Source: Polyangiales bacterium (lineage in GTDB: Bacteria > Myxococcota_A > Polyangia > Polyangiales > Ga0077539). Taken from it: a stretch of DNA of 64,000 nucleotides. The notes under the pieces are model-generated. The model was not told where the DNA came from. It did no database searches and saw only the letters and a program-made list of their open reading frames with translations. The DNA is taken from positions 128,001 to 192,000 of the forward strand of contig JBGARZ010000013.1 in the NCBI GenBank assembly GCA_044229975.1. The letters are read 5' to 3'. Positions 18,733 to 28,207 of the stretch are shown here, piece by piece. The position numbers and the translations under genes are program-made. The stretch's first letter is position 1, and each line of letters opens with the position of its first letter.

Positions 18733-20301
18733 CTACCGCGGAATCGCGCACTGCAAGCGCGTGAACCACGCCTGGATGCGCCCCTCGCGCTGATCGCGGA
18801 AGAGCACGCCCACGTCACCATCGGGCCCGCGCGCGAGCACCGGGTACACGCTCGCCGTCGGGCCCATCGCGGTGCGGGTCACCCGCGACTCCGCGCTCAG
18901 AGGCGCCAGATCCGCCGTGAACGTGCGCGCCCACAGTGAGTATTGCCCGCCGTCGCGGTCGTCGGCCCAGGCCATCAGCACCCGATCGCCCAATGGCAAC
19001 AAGGTTGGATATCGACTGAAGCCCGCGTCCATCGTGAGCCGCTGCGCCGCCCGCATCGCGCCGCCGCCCGCCGCCCTCGTCGCGCCCCACACCTCGTGGT
19101 CGGGCGACATCTCGTCGTCGTCGAACCAGGCGAGCACCCAGCGATCGCGGTTCCAGACCACCTGCGCGCCGATGGCGCTGGTGGTCTGTGGAGACACCTG
19201 CTGGTCGGGAGAGACCCGCGTGAGGTTGCGGTCGAAGGTCGCGAACCAGACCGCGCGACGCCCGCTGCGACCGTCCATCCACGCGACGCCGATGCCCGCT
19301 TCGTTGATGGCCACCGCGGGCGCCTCGCTGTTGGACCGATCACGCGTCAACCGCTGGTTGGGCAGGATGAGCCGCCCCTCCTCGTCGATGCGCTGCGCGT
19401 AGATCTCATAGGCGCCGGCGTCGAGGGAGTCGCGCTCGTCCTGCCACACCAGGATGAACTCCTCGCCCGTCCACGCGATGCTCGGGTTGATGGAGAAGCC
19501 CGGCGCAAAGGAGATGCGCTGGTCGGGCCCCACCCGCTCGCCCGCTGGCGTCAGTCGGTTGAAGTAGATCTCGTAGCCGCCCGATGGGTCGCGCCGGTCT
19601 TGCCACACGGCGCCCAGCACCCGCCCGCTCCACGCGAGCGACGCACCAAACGCGTCGTTGGGCGTCGTCGTCACCTGCTGCCGCATCCCCACCGGCGCGC
19701 CGTCCCGATCGATCTCCCGATAGAACACCCGCGCCCGGCTCTCGGCATATCCCCAATAGCTCACGCCATATCGGTTGCCGGTCCATTGGACACCGCCCGG
19801 CCCGCTCGGGGCGACCTCGGCCTCGCTCACCCGCACCACGCTGCCCACCGGCGTCAGCGTCGCGTTGTCGTCGATGACCCCGTTGCAGTCGTCGTCGAGC
19901 CCGTTGCACAGCTCCGTCGCGCCGGGATGAACCGCCCGGTTGGTGTCATCGCAATCATCACCGCAGCGGTTGGGCGCGCCCGGGAGCGTCCCCGCCCGCG
20001 GCGCGCGAAACCCATCACCGTCGCGGTCTTCCGTCGCGGGCTGGCTCTGACACGCGCGCAGCGTCTCGTCGCAGGCCACCGCGATGCAGGTCGTGCTGCC
20101 CATGCAAACGAGCGGTGCGCCGGGGATGCACCGCTCCTCCACGCAGGTCTCCTGGCCGTCGCAGAAGAGCTGGTTGTCGCAGTCCTGATCGCTCGTGCAC
20201 GGTGGTACGGGCGGACCCGCGTCGCGGTCGAGCAGCCCCGTGCGCGCCCCGCACCCGACCAGCAGCACCAGCGGCCACAGGCAGGCCCGGTAGCCACTCA
20301 C
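18733..20301 (-). CDS. Lipoprotein with a Cys/Asp putative metal-binding repeat and beta-rich repeats
   Basis: LVGC lipobox; DCDDTNRAVHPGATELCNGLDDDCNG motif; repeated W-x-D-x-R...EIY blades. Confidence 0.8.
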   Translation of the reverse strand: MSGYRACLWPLVLLVGCGARTGLLDRDAGPPVPPCTSDQDCDNQLFCDGQETCVEERCIPGAPLVCMGSTTCIAVACDETLRACQSQPATEDRDGDGFRAPRAGTLPGAPNRCGDDCDDTNRAVHPGATELCNGLDDDCNGVIDDNATLTPVGSVVRVSEAEVAPSGPGGVQWTGNRYGVSYWGYAESRARVFYREIDRDGAPVGMRQQVTTTPNDAFGASLAWSGRVLGAVWQDRRDPSGGYEIYFNRLTPAGERVGPDQRISFAPGFSINPSIAWTGEEFILVWQDERDSLDAGAYEIYAQRIDEEGRLILPNQRLTRDRSNSEAPAVAINEAGIGVAWMDGRSGRRAVWFATFDRNLTRVSPDQQVSPQTTSAIGAQVVWNRDRWVLAWFDDDEMSPDHEVWGATRAAGGGAMRAAQRLTMDAGFSRYPTLLPLGDRVLMAWADDRDGGQYSLWARTFTADLAPLSAESRVTRTAMGPTASVYPVLARGPDGDVGVLFRDQREGRIQAWFTRLQCAIPR

Positions 20302-20825
20302 TGGCAGGCACCGAAGTCGGGGAGGTCGGTGGGCTCACACACCGTGCCGCGCTGGCACCGTGGCTCGGTGCCGTCGAGGCGACACAGGCGCAGGCAGCGG
20401 TTCATCGCGCCCGTGACGAAGCAGCCCGCACCCGCGGTGCACTCGGTGCCCGTGCGGCAGAACGTCCCCGGAGCATTGCTCCCTGCGGGAAAGCACCGCG
20501 CCCGGTAGGTCTCGCTCCCGCAGCGCACCGACGGGTACTCGATGAACGCGTAGCACCCCTCGCCCGCGGGACAGCCGCCGCCCGCGATCGGGTCGCACTC
20601 GTACGCGCGCTGCGCCGGAGGGCGGGCGCCGCCGCACGCGTCTTCGCGGTAGACGTCGTACACGCGCACGTCGAAGTAGGGGACGTCGCGCACGTCGCCG
20701 CCGAGGTCGCGCGACGCGGCGCTGTCACCGCGCCCGCCGACGCTTCCGTCCGGGCCGCCTGTGCCATCGACGGTGCTGGCACACCCCAGAGACGCCCACG
20801 CCAACAGCGAAATCACGCGCCGCAT
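20298..20825 (-). CDS. Small Cys-rich lipoprotein
   Basis: SLGC lipobox; many paired Cys; stop overlaps the next gene's start. Confidence 0.72.
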   Translation of the reverse strand: MRRVISLLAWASLGCASTVDGTGGPDGSVGGRGDSAASRDLGGDVRDVPYFDVRVYDVYREDACGGARPPAQRAYECDPIAGGGCPAGEGCYAFIEYPSVRCGSETYRARCFPAGSNAPGTFCRTGTECTAGAGCFVTGAMNRCLRLCRLDGTEPRCQRGTVCEPTDLPDFGACQ

Positions 20826-21004
20826 CTGCACTACCGCCTCCGAGGGTTCGCAGCCTCGCACGGACATGGTGCAAGTGGCAGGCCCCGTCGACCCCTCGTG
20901 CGCGACCGATGGCGCGAGGGTCGCGGGTGCCGCACAGCGTCAGGAAGTTAGCGGTAGACCGCGCGACGAACGATCGGCTACCGCAGAGCGAAGAGGAGCG
21001 ACGC

Positions 21005-22006
21005 ATGGAGTACACGGTCACGTTGATTCCGGGGGATGGGATCGGGCCCGAGGTGACGGCGGCGACGCAGCTCGTCGTGGCGGCGACGGGCGTGAAGGTT
21101 CGGTGGGAGCCCTTCGAGGCGGGCGCGGCGGCGGCGGAGAAGTACGGCAACCCGTGCCCCGACGAGGCGATCGAGTCGATTCGCCGCAACCGCATCGCGC
21201 TGAAGGGGCCCGTGGGGACGCCCATCGGGACGGGGTTTCGCTCGGTCAACGTGACGCTGCGGCGGGCGCTCGACCTCTACGCGTGCGTGCGGCCGGTGAA
21301 GTCGATCAAAGGGGTTCCGTCCCGCTACGACGACGTCGACCTGGTGATCGTGCGGGAGAACACCGAGGGCCTGTATTCGGGCGTCGAGCACATGGTGGTT
21401 CCGGGCGTCGCAGAGAGCCTGAAGATCGTCACCGAGAAGGCGTGTCTGCGCATCTGCGAGTACGCGTACCGCCACGCGCGCGCCAACAACCGCAAGAAGG
21501 TCACGGCGGTGCACAAGGCCAACATCATGAAGCTGACGGACGGGATGTTTCTCGACGTCGCGCGGCGGGTGTCCAAGCGGTACGCCGACATCGAGGCGCA
21601 TGAGGCCATCGTCGACGCGTGCTGCATGCAACTGGTTCGTGACCCGTCGCGCTTCGACGTGCTGGTGATGGACAACCTCTATGGGGACATCCTGAGCGAC
21701 CTGTGTGCAGGGCTCGTCGGGGGATTGGGCGTCGTCCCGGGGGCGAACTTCGGGGAGAACTGCGCGGTGTTCGAGGCGGTGCACGGCAGCGCGCCGGACA
21801 TCGCCGGCAAGAACGTCGCGAACCCCACGGCGCTCATCCTGTCGGCGGCGATGATGCTGCACGCCATGGGCGAGCGCGACGCAGGGAAGAAGGTGGAAGA
21901 CGCCGTCGCGTGGCTCTACGCGGAGACCGACGTCCGCACCGGTGACCTGGGCGGCAAGGTCGGCACGATGGAGTTTGCGGAGGCGCTGGCGAAGCGGGTG
22001 AGCTGA
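21005..22006 (+). CDS. Isocitrate/isopropylmalate dehydrogenase family, probably NAD-dependent isocitrate dehydrogenase
   Basis: IPGDGIGPEV, SVNVTLRR, VRENTEGLY, VHKANIMK, NLYGDILSD, FEAVHGSAPDIAG; GAGGAG RBS. Confidence 0.92.
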   Translation: MEYTVTLIPGDGIGPEVTAATQLVVAATGVKVRWEPFEAGAAAAEKYGNPCPDEAIESIRRNRIALKGPVGTPIGTGFRSVNVTLRRALDLYACVRPVKSIKGVPSRYDDVDLVIVRENTEGLYSGVEHMVVPGVAESLKIVTEKACLRICEYAYRHARANNRKKVTAVHKANIMKLTDGMFLDVARRVSKRYADIEAHEAIVDACCMQLVRDPSRFDVLVMDNLYGDILSDLCAGLVGGLGVVPGANFGENCAVFEAVHGSAPDIAGKNVANPTALILSAAMMLHAMGERDAGKKVEDAVAWLYAETDVRTGDLGGKVGTMEFAEALAKRVS

Positions 22007-22095
22007 GGGTCGCGAGCCCACGGAACCGTGACGTCGTCGAAGGCGCGGTCGTAGAGTTCATCGACGGCGATGCGGAGGTCGGGCGAGTGCCTGTC

Positions 22096-22419
22096 CACAG
22101 GAGACTTCGATGCGTTGGAGAGCATCCGCCCACGTCGGCCCAACGCCCCTCACCGTCGCGCAGCGACGGGGCGACGCGTGGTCGGAGATGGGCCGCCAGG
22201 GCGCAAGGGTCGCAAGGGAGCAAGCGATAGGGGCGGTTCGGCGCTCCCGACGCCACCAGCCTGCGAACGTGGATGTGTCGTAGCCCACTCACTCCTTGCG
22301 ACCCTGGCGCCCTGGCGGCCCATCTCCGACCACGCGCCGCCCCGTCGCTTCGCGACGGTGAGGGGCGTTGGGCTGACGTGAACGAGTGCTCGGCGATCAA
22401 CCCATCGAAGTCCCCTGTG
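22096..22419. repeat. Intergenic inverted-repeat element, family 1, copy B (arms over 120 bp)
   Basis: cacaggagacttcgatg...cccaacgcccctcaccgtcgcg...gggccgccagggcgcaagggtcgcaagg is mirrored by ccttgcgaccctggcgccctggcggccc...cgcgacggtgaggggcgttggg...catcgaagtcccctgtg. Confidence 0.88.
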
Positions 22420-23095
22420 AGCGGGTCCTTCGCAGACTCACGCGACGTGCGACGACCGCCGCGCAGTCCGCGCAGAAGCGCCCGCCGCGTGCGTCGATTG
22501 TCTCGACCGAGTCGACGTCGGCGTCGCCGATCATCAAGCAGTCCACACCCTCTTCGTAGCTGTGATGATCGAGCCCGAAGGTGTGACCGATCTCGTGCAG
22601 CGCGATCTTCGCCGCGCGCGTAACGAGTCGGCGCCGCGAGGGACAATCGGCGTCGAGCATGTGCAGGCTCAACACGCAGGCCGGGCGCGCGAGGTAGGCG
22701 AGGCCAAAGACGAAGTTCCAATCGCGGCGCGGTGTGATGTTGTCTTCGGTGATCCCCAGCGAAGCGACCGCCCCCGCCAGCTTCCGGCGCTCCACCTGCG
22801 CGAGGAACACGTTGGCCGACCGACCACGCCACCCCGCCGCGCTCCGCACCGACGGCCGCGCGTCGACCGCCGCTGGCTGCACCACCACCGGCACGCCCAG
22901 GGCGCGCGTCACCGCCGTCGAGAGTGAGCGCACGAAACCAGCCCGCATCGGCCCCAGCGTCCACAGTGACACCGCCCCGCGCGCGTCGACCACGAGCGGC
23001 GCCCGACACGCGGGACACCGCCGTCGCGAGAGCACCACCCGCGCACCGCAGCCGCACTCGTGCGCGTCGGAGAGGCGCTTCACGGTCGCTTTCAC
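22397..23095 (-). CDS. Archaemetzincin-like Zn metalloprotease (peptidase M54) with N-terminal CxxC pair
   Basis: FVFGLA, HEIGHTFGLDH, CLM and FCADC motifs. Confidence 0.8.
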   Translation of the reverse strand: MKATVKRLSDAHECGCGARVVLSRRRCPACRAPLVVDARGAVSLWTLGPMRAGFVRSLSTAVTRALGVPVVVQPAAVDARPSVRSAAGWRGRSANVFLAQVERRKLAGAVASLGITEDNITPRRDWNFVFGLAYLARPACVLSLHMLDADCPSRRRLVTRAAKIALHEIGHTFGLDHHSYEEGVDCLMIGDADVDSVETIDARGGRFCADCAAVVARRVSLRRTRSQGTSMG

Positions 23096-23129
23096 ACAGC
23101 GACCATACAGCGATCCGTAGGCCGACCCG

Positions 23130-23996
23130 TCACCCCATGAAGGCCGCGCGGTGGTCGCGCGCGAATGCCGCCAGCGAGCGCGGCTCCGCGCCCGTCACGC
23201 GTCGCACGTCGTCGGTCACCCGCTCGGTGCGGCCCGCCGCGAAGGCCGTCACGTAGACGTCCGTCAGCAGCTCCGCGAACCACCGCGGCAGCCCCGCCTC
23301 CACCATCCCCTGACAGAACGCCGCGCCCGGCAGGTCGATGAACTGCACCGGTCGCCCCAGCGCCTCGCCCAGCACCCGCGCCGCGTCGCCGTGGCTCAAC
23401 GACTCCGGGCCCGTCAGCGTGTACGTGCGACCCGCGTGGCCGTCCTCCGTGAGCACCTTCTCGGCCACCCGCGCGATGTCGCCCGCGTCGATGAGCGCCG
23501 ACCGCGCCGCGCCCGTCGGCATCGGGAGCGCGCCGTTGCGGATGGCGCCCGCGAGGCCGAGGAAGTTCTGCATGAAGAAGTTGGGGCGCAGCACCGTGGC
23601 GGGCACACCCGACGCGGCGAGGTGCCGCTCGATCGCCCCGTGAATCGCCTGGATGCGCGCGGGACCATCCGGGTGCGCGTCGACACCCGACACCTTCACG
23701 TAGTGCCCGACGCCCGCCGCCTTCGCGGCGTCGATGAGCGCCGACTCCGCGCTCACCAGATCGAGCGTTCCGGTCGGGCCTCCAACCGCGACGTACATCC
23801 GCTCGGCCCCAGCGAGGGCGCGGCTGAAGGTGTCCGGTCGCTCGATGTCCCCGACCACGAACTCCGCCCCCTCGCCCACCGCGCGTCGCGCCCGCTCGAC
23901 GTCGCGCGCCACCACGCGCACGCGGCGACCCGCCGCGACCAGGGCCTTCACCAGTGGGGTTCCCGTGCTACCCGTTGCTCCGTAGACGACGATCAT
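23130..23996 (-). CDS. NmrA-like atypical SDR, NAD(P)H-binding
   Basis: IVVYGATGSTG, LRPNFFMQN, IDAGDIA, YTLTGPE; GGAGGAG RBS. Confidence 0.9.
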   Translation of the reverse strand: MIVVYGATGSTGTPLVKALVAAGRRVRVVARDVERARRAVGEGAEFVVGDIERPDTFSRALAGAERMYVAVGGPTGTLDLVSAESALIDAAKAAGVGHYVKVSGVDAHPDGPARIQAIHGAIERHLAASGVPATVLRPNFFMQNFLGLAGAIRNGALPMPTGAARSALIDAGDIARVAEKVLTEDGHAGRTYTLTGPESLSHGDAARVLGEALGRPVQFIDLPGAAFCQGMVEAGLPRWFAELLTDVYVTAFAAGRTERVTDDVRRVTGAEPRSLAAFARDHRAAFMG

Positions 23997-24090
23997 GGCG
24001 CTCTCTCCTCCGGTTGGTGATTCAACCGAAGGCCACCGTGCGCCGAGCGACGTCACCCGAGAATTGGCCGGGTGGCGCATGGACGGGCGT

Positions 24091-25617
24091 TCAGGCGTCG
24101 AGCAGGCGGTGCTCCATCGCGAAGAGCGCGAGGCCCGCGCGGCTCTCCAGGCCGAGCTTCTCGTAGACGTTCATCACGTGCTTCTGTGCCGTGCGCGGCG
24201 ACATCCCGAGCAGCGCCCCCACCTCCGGGTTGGTGCGCCCCACCGCCACCAGACGGATCACCTCGACCTCGCGATCGGTGAGCCCGCGCGGCCACGCCGA
24301 CGAGCGCTCACGGGCGACGCCAGCGGCCTCCAGCACGGCGCCGACGGCGGTGCGATCGAGGGCACCGTCGCGCACCATCGCGAGCATCTCGCGACGCGAC
24401 GCCTCGGGCGCAAAGGCCTCTCGATGGGGCCGCCTGGAGCAGAGGGCCACGTAGACGTCCGCGGCAGCGAGCACCCGCGCCACGGCCGGAACGCTCTCCA
24501 ACCCCAGCCGTCGGTGATAGCCCGCGCCCGCACCGCGCTCGTGGGTGGCCGCGGCGACATCGGCGAAGGGACCCAGCGCCGGAGCGAGCCGGAGGATGGT
24601 CTCGGTCTGCTGGCTATGGGTTCGCACGCGCTCGCGCTCGTAGGGGGTGAGCGCGCCGGGCTTCTCCCACACGCCGTTGGCAACAGCCACGCGACCGAGG
24701 TCGTGCACGAGACCAGCGTCGCGCGCGAAGCCCGGGTCGGGCAGCGCGGCGATGACCGCGGCCTTCTCCGCGAGCTCGGCGACGCGCTCGGAGTGACCGA
24801 GCGTAAACACCGACCCGAGGTCGGCGAAGCGAGAGAACGCCCGCAGGTAGCGGGTGACCTCCGCCCCGTCGACGGCGATGAGATGGGGTGCGGGCTCCGA
24901 GGCGAGAAAGGCGTCCCACACCGAGCTGCCGTAGAGGGGCGCCCAGAGCTCGCCCGCGTGCGCGATGAAGGCGTCGACCATGACCGGATCGAGCTCTCCT
25001 CCACGGCGGCGACGGAGCTCGGCGAGGGCCTCGTCGGGGCCGAAGTTCCAGGCGTAGAGCTCGGCGGTGTCGGCGACGTCGGCGAGGCGCGCGGCGGCCG
25101 GCATCGCGTCGCCGCCGCGCGCAGACAGCGGGCCGCGGCCGTCCCAGCGCTCCCCCCGCAACATGAGCACGTCGGCGACCGCGGGCATGCCGACGGCGAG
25201 CGCGAAGCCACGGCCGCCCTCGCACTGGGCGTGGGAGTGGCCGGCGACCGCAGCGGGGGTCAGGAGGCGACCGATGGCCGCGGCGCGTGCGGCGATGGGG
25301 GCGTGCGCGGCGATGCCGCGGAGGGCGGCCGCGACGAAGGTCGACGGGCGGCCGAAGTCGACCATGGCGAGCGTGCGGCGCAGGGCGATGTCGTCGCCCG
25401 CGCTGAAGTAGCGGCCCTCCTCGTGGGCGAAGGAGGTGCAACCCACGAAGCGCAGCAGCGTCGCCCAGAACGCCGCCCGAACGCCCTCGTCGTCGGCCCC
25501 GGTGGCGCGCGCGAGGCGACACGCGAGCACGGTGTTGCGCAGCGACTTCTCCAGGGCGAACCCGTCGGCGAGGTCGGTGGCGAGGGAGAGCGACCCGAGC
25601 AGCTCCGCGACACGCAT
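24091..25617 (-). CDS. HD-GYP-like domain / LuxR HTH transcriptional regulator
   Basis: ELLGSLSLATDL, ERWDGRG, VHDLGR, HER, and C-terminal GLTDREVEV...SPRTAQKHVMNVYEKLG. Confidence 0.88.
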   Translation of the reverse strand: MRVAELLGSLSLATDLADGFALEKSLRNTVLACRLARATGADDEGVRAAFWATLLRFVGCTSFAHEEGRYFSAGDDIALRRTLAMVDFGRPSTFVAAALRGIAAHAPIAARAAAIGRLLTPAAVAGHSHAQCEGGRGFALAVGMPAVADVLMLRGERWDGRGPLSARGGDAMPAAARLADVADTAELYAWNFGPDEALAELRRRRGGELDPVMVDAFIAHAGELWAPLYGSSVWDAFLASEPAPHLIAVDGAEVTRYLRAFSRFADLGSVFTLGHSERVAELAEKAAVIAALPDPGFARDAGLVHDLGRVAVANGVWEKPGALTPYERERVRTHSQQTETILRLAPALGPFADVAAATHERGAGAGYHRRLGLESVPAVARVLAAADVYVALCSRRPHREAFAPEASRREMLAMVRDGALDRTAVGAVLEAAGVARERSSAWPRGLTDREVEVIRLVAVGRTNPEVGALLGMSPRTAQKHVMNVYEKLGLESRAGLALFAMEHRLLDA

Positions 25618-25654
25618 GGTGGGCTCCGATGGTACGACAGTCGTCGGAGCACCG

Positions 25655-26404
25655 ATGAGCACGCACCCCGATCGCATCCTCTACACCTTCAAGATCTCCC
25701 ACTACGCCGAGAAGGCGCGCTGGGCCCTCGACCGCAAGGCGCTGCCCTATCGCGAGGAGGCCGTGCTCATCGGCCCCGGCCAGGTGCTGCTCAAGCTGCG
25801 CACCGGCAGCCGACAGGTTCCGGTGCTCGATGATGGTGGGCACGTGGTGCCGGGCTCGACCGCCATCCTCGAACACCTCGATCGGCGCTACCCCACCGCG
25901 CCGCTCTGGCCGGAAGACCCGACGGTGCGCGACGAAGCGAAGTCCCTCGTCACCTGGATCGACGAGCGCATCGGCAAGGGCGTGCGGGGCTACCTGCTCG
26001 CGCAGGCGCGTCACAACAAGCGCATCGGGGTGGGCGCGAAGGTCGCGCAGGTGGTGGGCCCCGCGGTGCTGGGCGTCGCGTCGGACTACTTCGGCTACGA
26101 GTCCCTCGACCGCGCGCAGGAGGAGTTTCCCAAGGACCTCCGCGAGCTCGCCGCGCGCCTCGTGGGCAACGACTTCCTCGTGGGTGACCGCTTCGGCGCG
26201 GCCGACCTCACCGCGGCGTCGCTGCTCAACGCGCTGTATGCGCCGGTCGGGTCGCCGCTGCGCACCCGGCTCAACAGCCACCGCCCGGGCATCGCGAAGG
26301 ACCGCGAGCTCACCCCGCTCTTCGACTGGCTCGACCGGATGTACCGAGACCACCGCCGCGCCCGACCGGTCGCCGACTACGGCACGCCGTCGAGCGCGGC
26401 GTAG
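25655..26404 (+). CDS. Glutathione S-transferase family protein
   Basis: SHYAEKARWALD, QVPVL, GSTAILEHLD, FLVGDRFGAADL. Confidence 0.88.
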   Translation: MSTHPDRILYTFKISHYAEKARWALDRKALPYREEAVLIGPGQVLLKLRTGSRQVPVLDDGGHVVPGSTAILEHLDRRYPTAPLWPEDPTVRDEAKSLVTWIDERIGKGVRGYLLAQARHNKRIGVGAKVAQVVGPAVLGVASDYFGYESLDRAQEEFPKDLRELAARLVGNDFLVGDRFGAADLTAASLLNALYAPVGSPLRTRLNSHRPGIAKDRELTPLFDWLDRMYRDHRRARPVADYGTPSSAA

Positions 26405-26408
26405 CGGG

Positions 26409-26738
26409 TCACTTCACCGCGAGCAGCTCGACGTCGAAGACGAGCGTGGCGTGGGGCGGAATCCTCCCGCCAGCCGCGCCGCCCGCGCCGTAGCCGAGCT
26501 CCGAGGGGATGGTGAGCTTGCGCTTGCCGCCGACCTTCATGCCGACGACCCCCTGGTCCCACCCCTTGATGACGCGCCCGGCGCCGAGGGAGAACGAGAA
26601 GGGGCGGCCGCGGTCGACGGACGAATCGAACTTCGTCCCGTCGGTGAGCCAGCCCGTGTAGTGCACGTCGACGGAGCGGCCCGTGGTGGCTTCGGCGCCG
26701 GTCCCAACCTGGAGGTCTTCGATCTTGAGGTCTGCCAT
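26409..26738 (-). CDS. FKBP-type peptidyl-prolyl cis-trans isomerase
   Basis: VHYTGWL.DG.KFDSS.DR, VIKGWDQG, IPSELGYG, TLVFDVELL. Confidence 0.95.
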   Translation of the reverse strand: MADLKIEDLQVGTGAEATTGRSVDVHYTGWLTDGTKFDSSVDRGRPFSFSLGAGRVIKGWDQGVVGMKVGGKRKLTIPSELGYGAGGAAGGRIPPHATLVFDVELLAVK

Positions 26739-26800
26739 GATGGCCGCGACGCTCTCACGCCCGACGGGTCGGTGTGAAGACCGCCGGTGGCCCTTGTCCG

Positions 26801-27907
26801 CTACCGCCAGGCCTGCACGCGGTAGGCGTCGCCGTTGTCGTCGCCGACGAGGTACAGCCGCTGCCCGCCGCCGCACACGACGTCGCGCGCCACGTTGCCC
26901 GACTCGGTGAGCGCTGCGGGCGCGCCCTGCCCCGTCCACCGCCACACCTGCGGGCGCGTTCGGTAGCGGGCGCGCGTCAACAGCACCGTGGTGCAACCGG
27001 GGCCCGTCGCCGCGGGGTCGAGCGCGAGCAGCACCCGCCGGTAGTCGTTGAAGCCGATGTCCACCACCGGGTCGTGCGCCGCGAGGGACGTCGGCAGCAC
27101 CGCCTCCAGCGACGGCGCCGTCGGGTCCCACGCGATGCGCGGGTGACCCATCGGGCTGCCCGTCCCGCGGGCGCTCAGCGTCGCGAACCACGTCACCACC
27201 GCCGTCGCCGAGGGCGCCACCGCCGCGTGCGCCCGGTCGATCATCGCCTCGGGCCACGCGAGCGTCGCCCCCGCCGGCTGCTGCGCCGTGAGCTCGTCCC
27301 ACTCCGCGCCGCGACCCGCGAAGGCTACCGCCGTGCTGTCGAAGCGGCCGCGTCGCAGCCCGCTGAAGCCCCCGGTGGTCGACCACGGCGCGCGGGTGAG
27401 CAGCACCGTCGCGCTCGACTCGGTGTACCGCGGCGGCCGCTCGTGGCTGCGCCGCGTCGTCTGCGCGCTCACCACCACGGTCATCGCCTGCGTCGCGCAG
27501 TACTGCACCTGCCCCGCTGCGCCTTCGGGGTGATCGACCGCGGCTTCTGTGATGGTGCCCGCCGGGCCGGGCGCCGCGAGGGTCAGCGCCGTCAAGCGCT
27601 GGAAGCCCGACACGCCCGCGATGACGGCCACACACTCGCGCGCCGCGAGGTTGACCGTGAGCTGCAACGGCCCTCCCGCGCCGACGGCCCGCGCCGACGC
27701 GCTCACGTCCGCCGCCGGGGGGAAGCCCGTCGCGGTCGCACTCGCGAGCTCCCGCGCGATGGCCGCGCGCGTCACCTCGACGGGCGTCGCCGTCGGCACG
27801 CTCTGCACGGCCGCCTCGTCGGCGAACGCGTACGCCCCGATCACCCCGGCGACCGCAGAGCAGCAGCCCGCCACCACCAGCCCAGCCGTGCGCGCAACCG
27901 ACACCAT
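26801..27907 (-). CDS. Hypothetical protein with N-terminal membrane anchor or signal
   Basis: ATG at 27907; hydrophobic N-terminus; GC3-biased frame. Confidence 0.62.
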   Translation of the reverse strand: MVSVARTAGLVVAGCCSAVAGVIGAYAFADEAAVQSVPTATPVEVTRAAIARELASATATGFPPAADVSASARAVGAGGPLQLTVNLAARECVAVIAGVSGFQRLTALTLAAPGPAGTITEAAVDHPEGAAGQVQYCATQAMTVVVSAQTTRRSHERPPRYTESSATVLLTRAPWSTTGGFSGLRRGRFDSTAVAFAGRGAEWDELTAQQPAGATLAWPEAMIDRAHAAVAPSATAVVTWFATLSARGTGSPMGHPRIAWDPTAPSLEAVLPTSLAAHDPVVDIGFNDYRRVLLALDPAATGPGCTTVLLTRARYRTRPQVWRWTGQGAPAALTESGNVARDVVCGGGQRLYLVGDDNGDAYRVQAWR

Positions 27908-27958
27908 CGCACCGTCGCATCCTCCGCCCGTCCCCCACAAGGGACGATTGCGGTCCTG

Positions 27959-28170
27959 GGACTCGGAGTGGGCAGTGAGGGAGTCAGAAGAGCCGCAAGG
28001 GGCGGTTGGGCATTGAGGGCGAGAGCGTGAAGCGCTGGGTGAGCACGACCGTTCGAGCCACCACATCACAACCTTGCGCTCGCCTGTGCCTCTCACACCC
28101 GAACTGCACCCCTTGCGACCCTCGCGCCCTTGCGGCTCTTCTGACTCCCTCACTGCCCACTCCGAATCCT
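27959..28170. repeat. Intergenic inverted-repeat element, family 1, copy C
   Basis: Perfect 39-bp inverted repeat 27963..28001 / 28127..28165; the right arm continues inward into the GCAAGG-triplet core. Confidence 0.9.
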
Positions 28171-28207
28171 CGTGCCGTCGCCCCCGCGAACGTTGTCCTA
28201 TGCGTTC

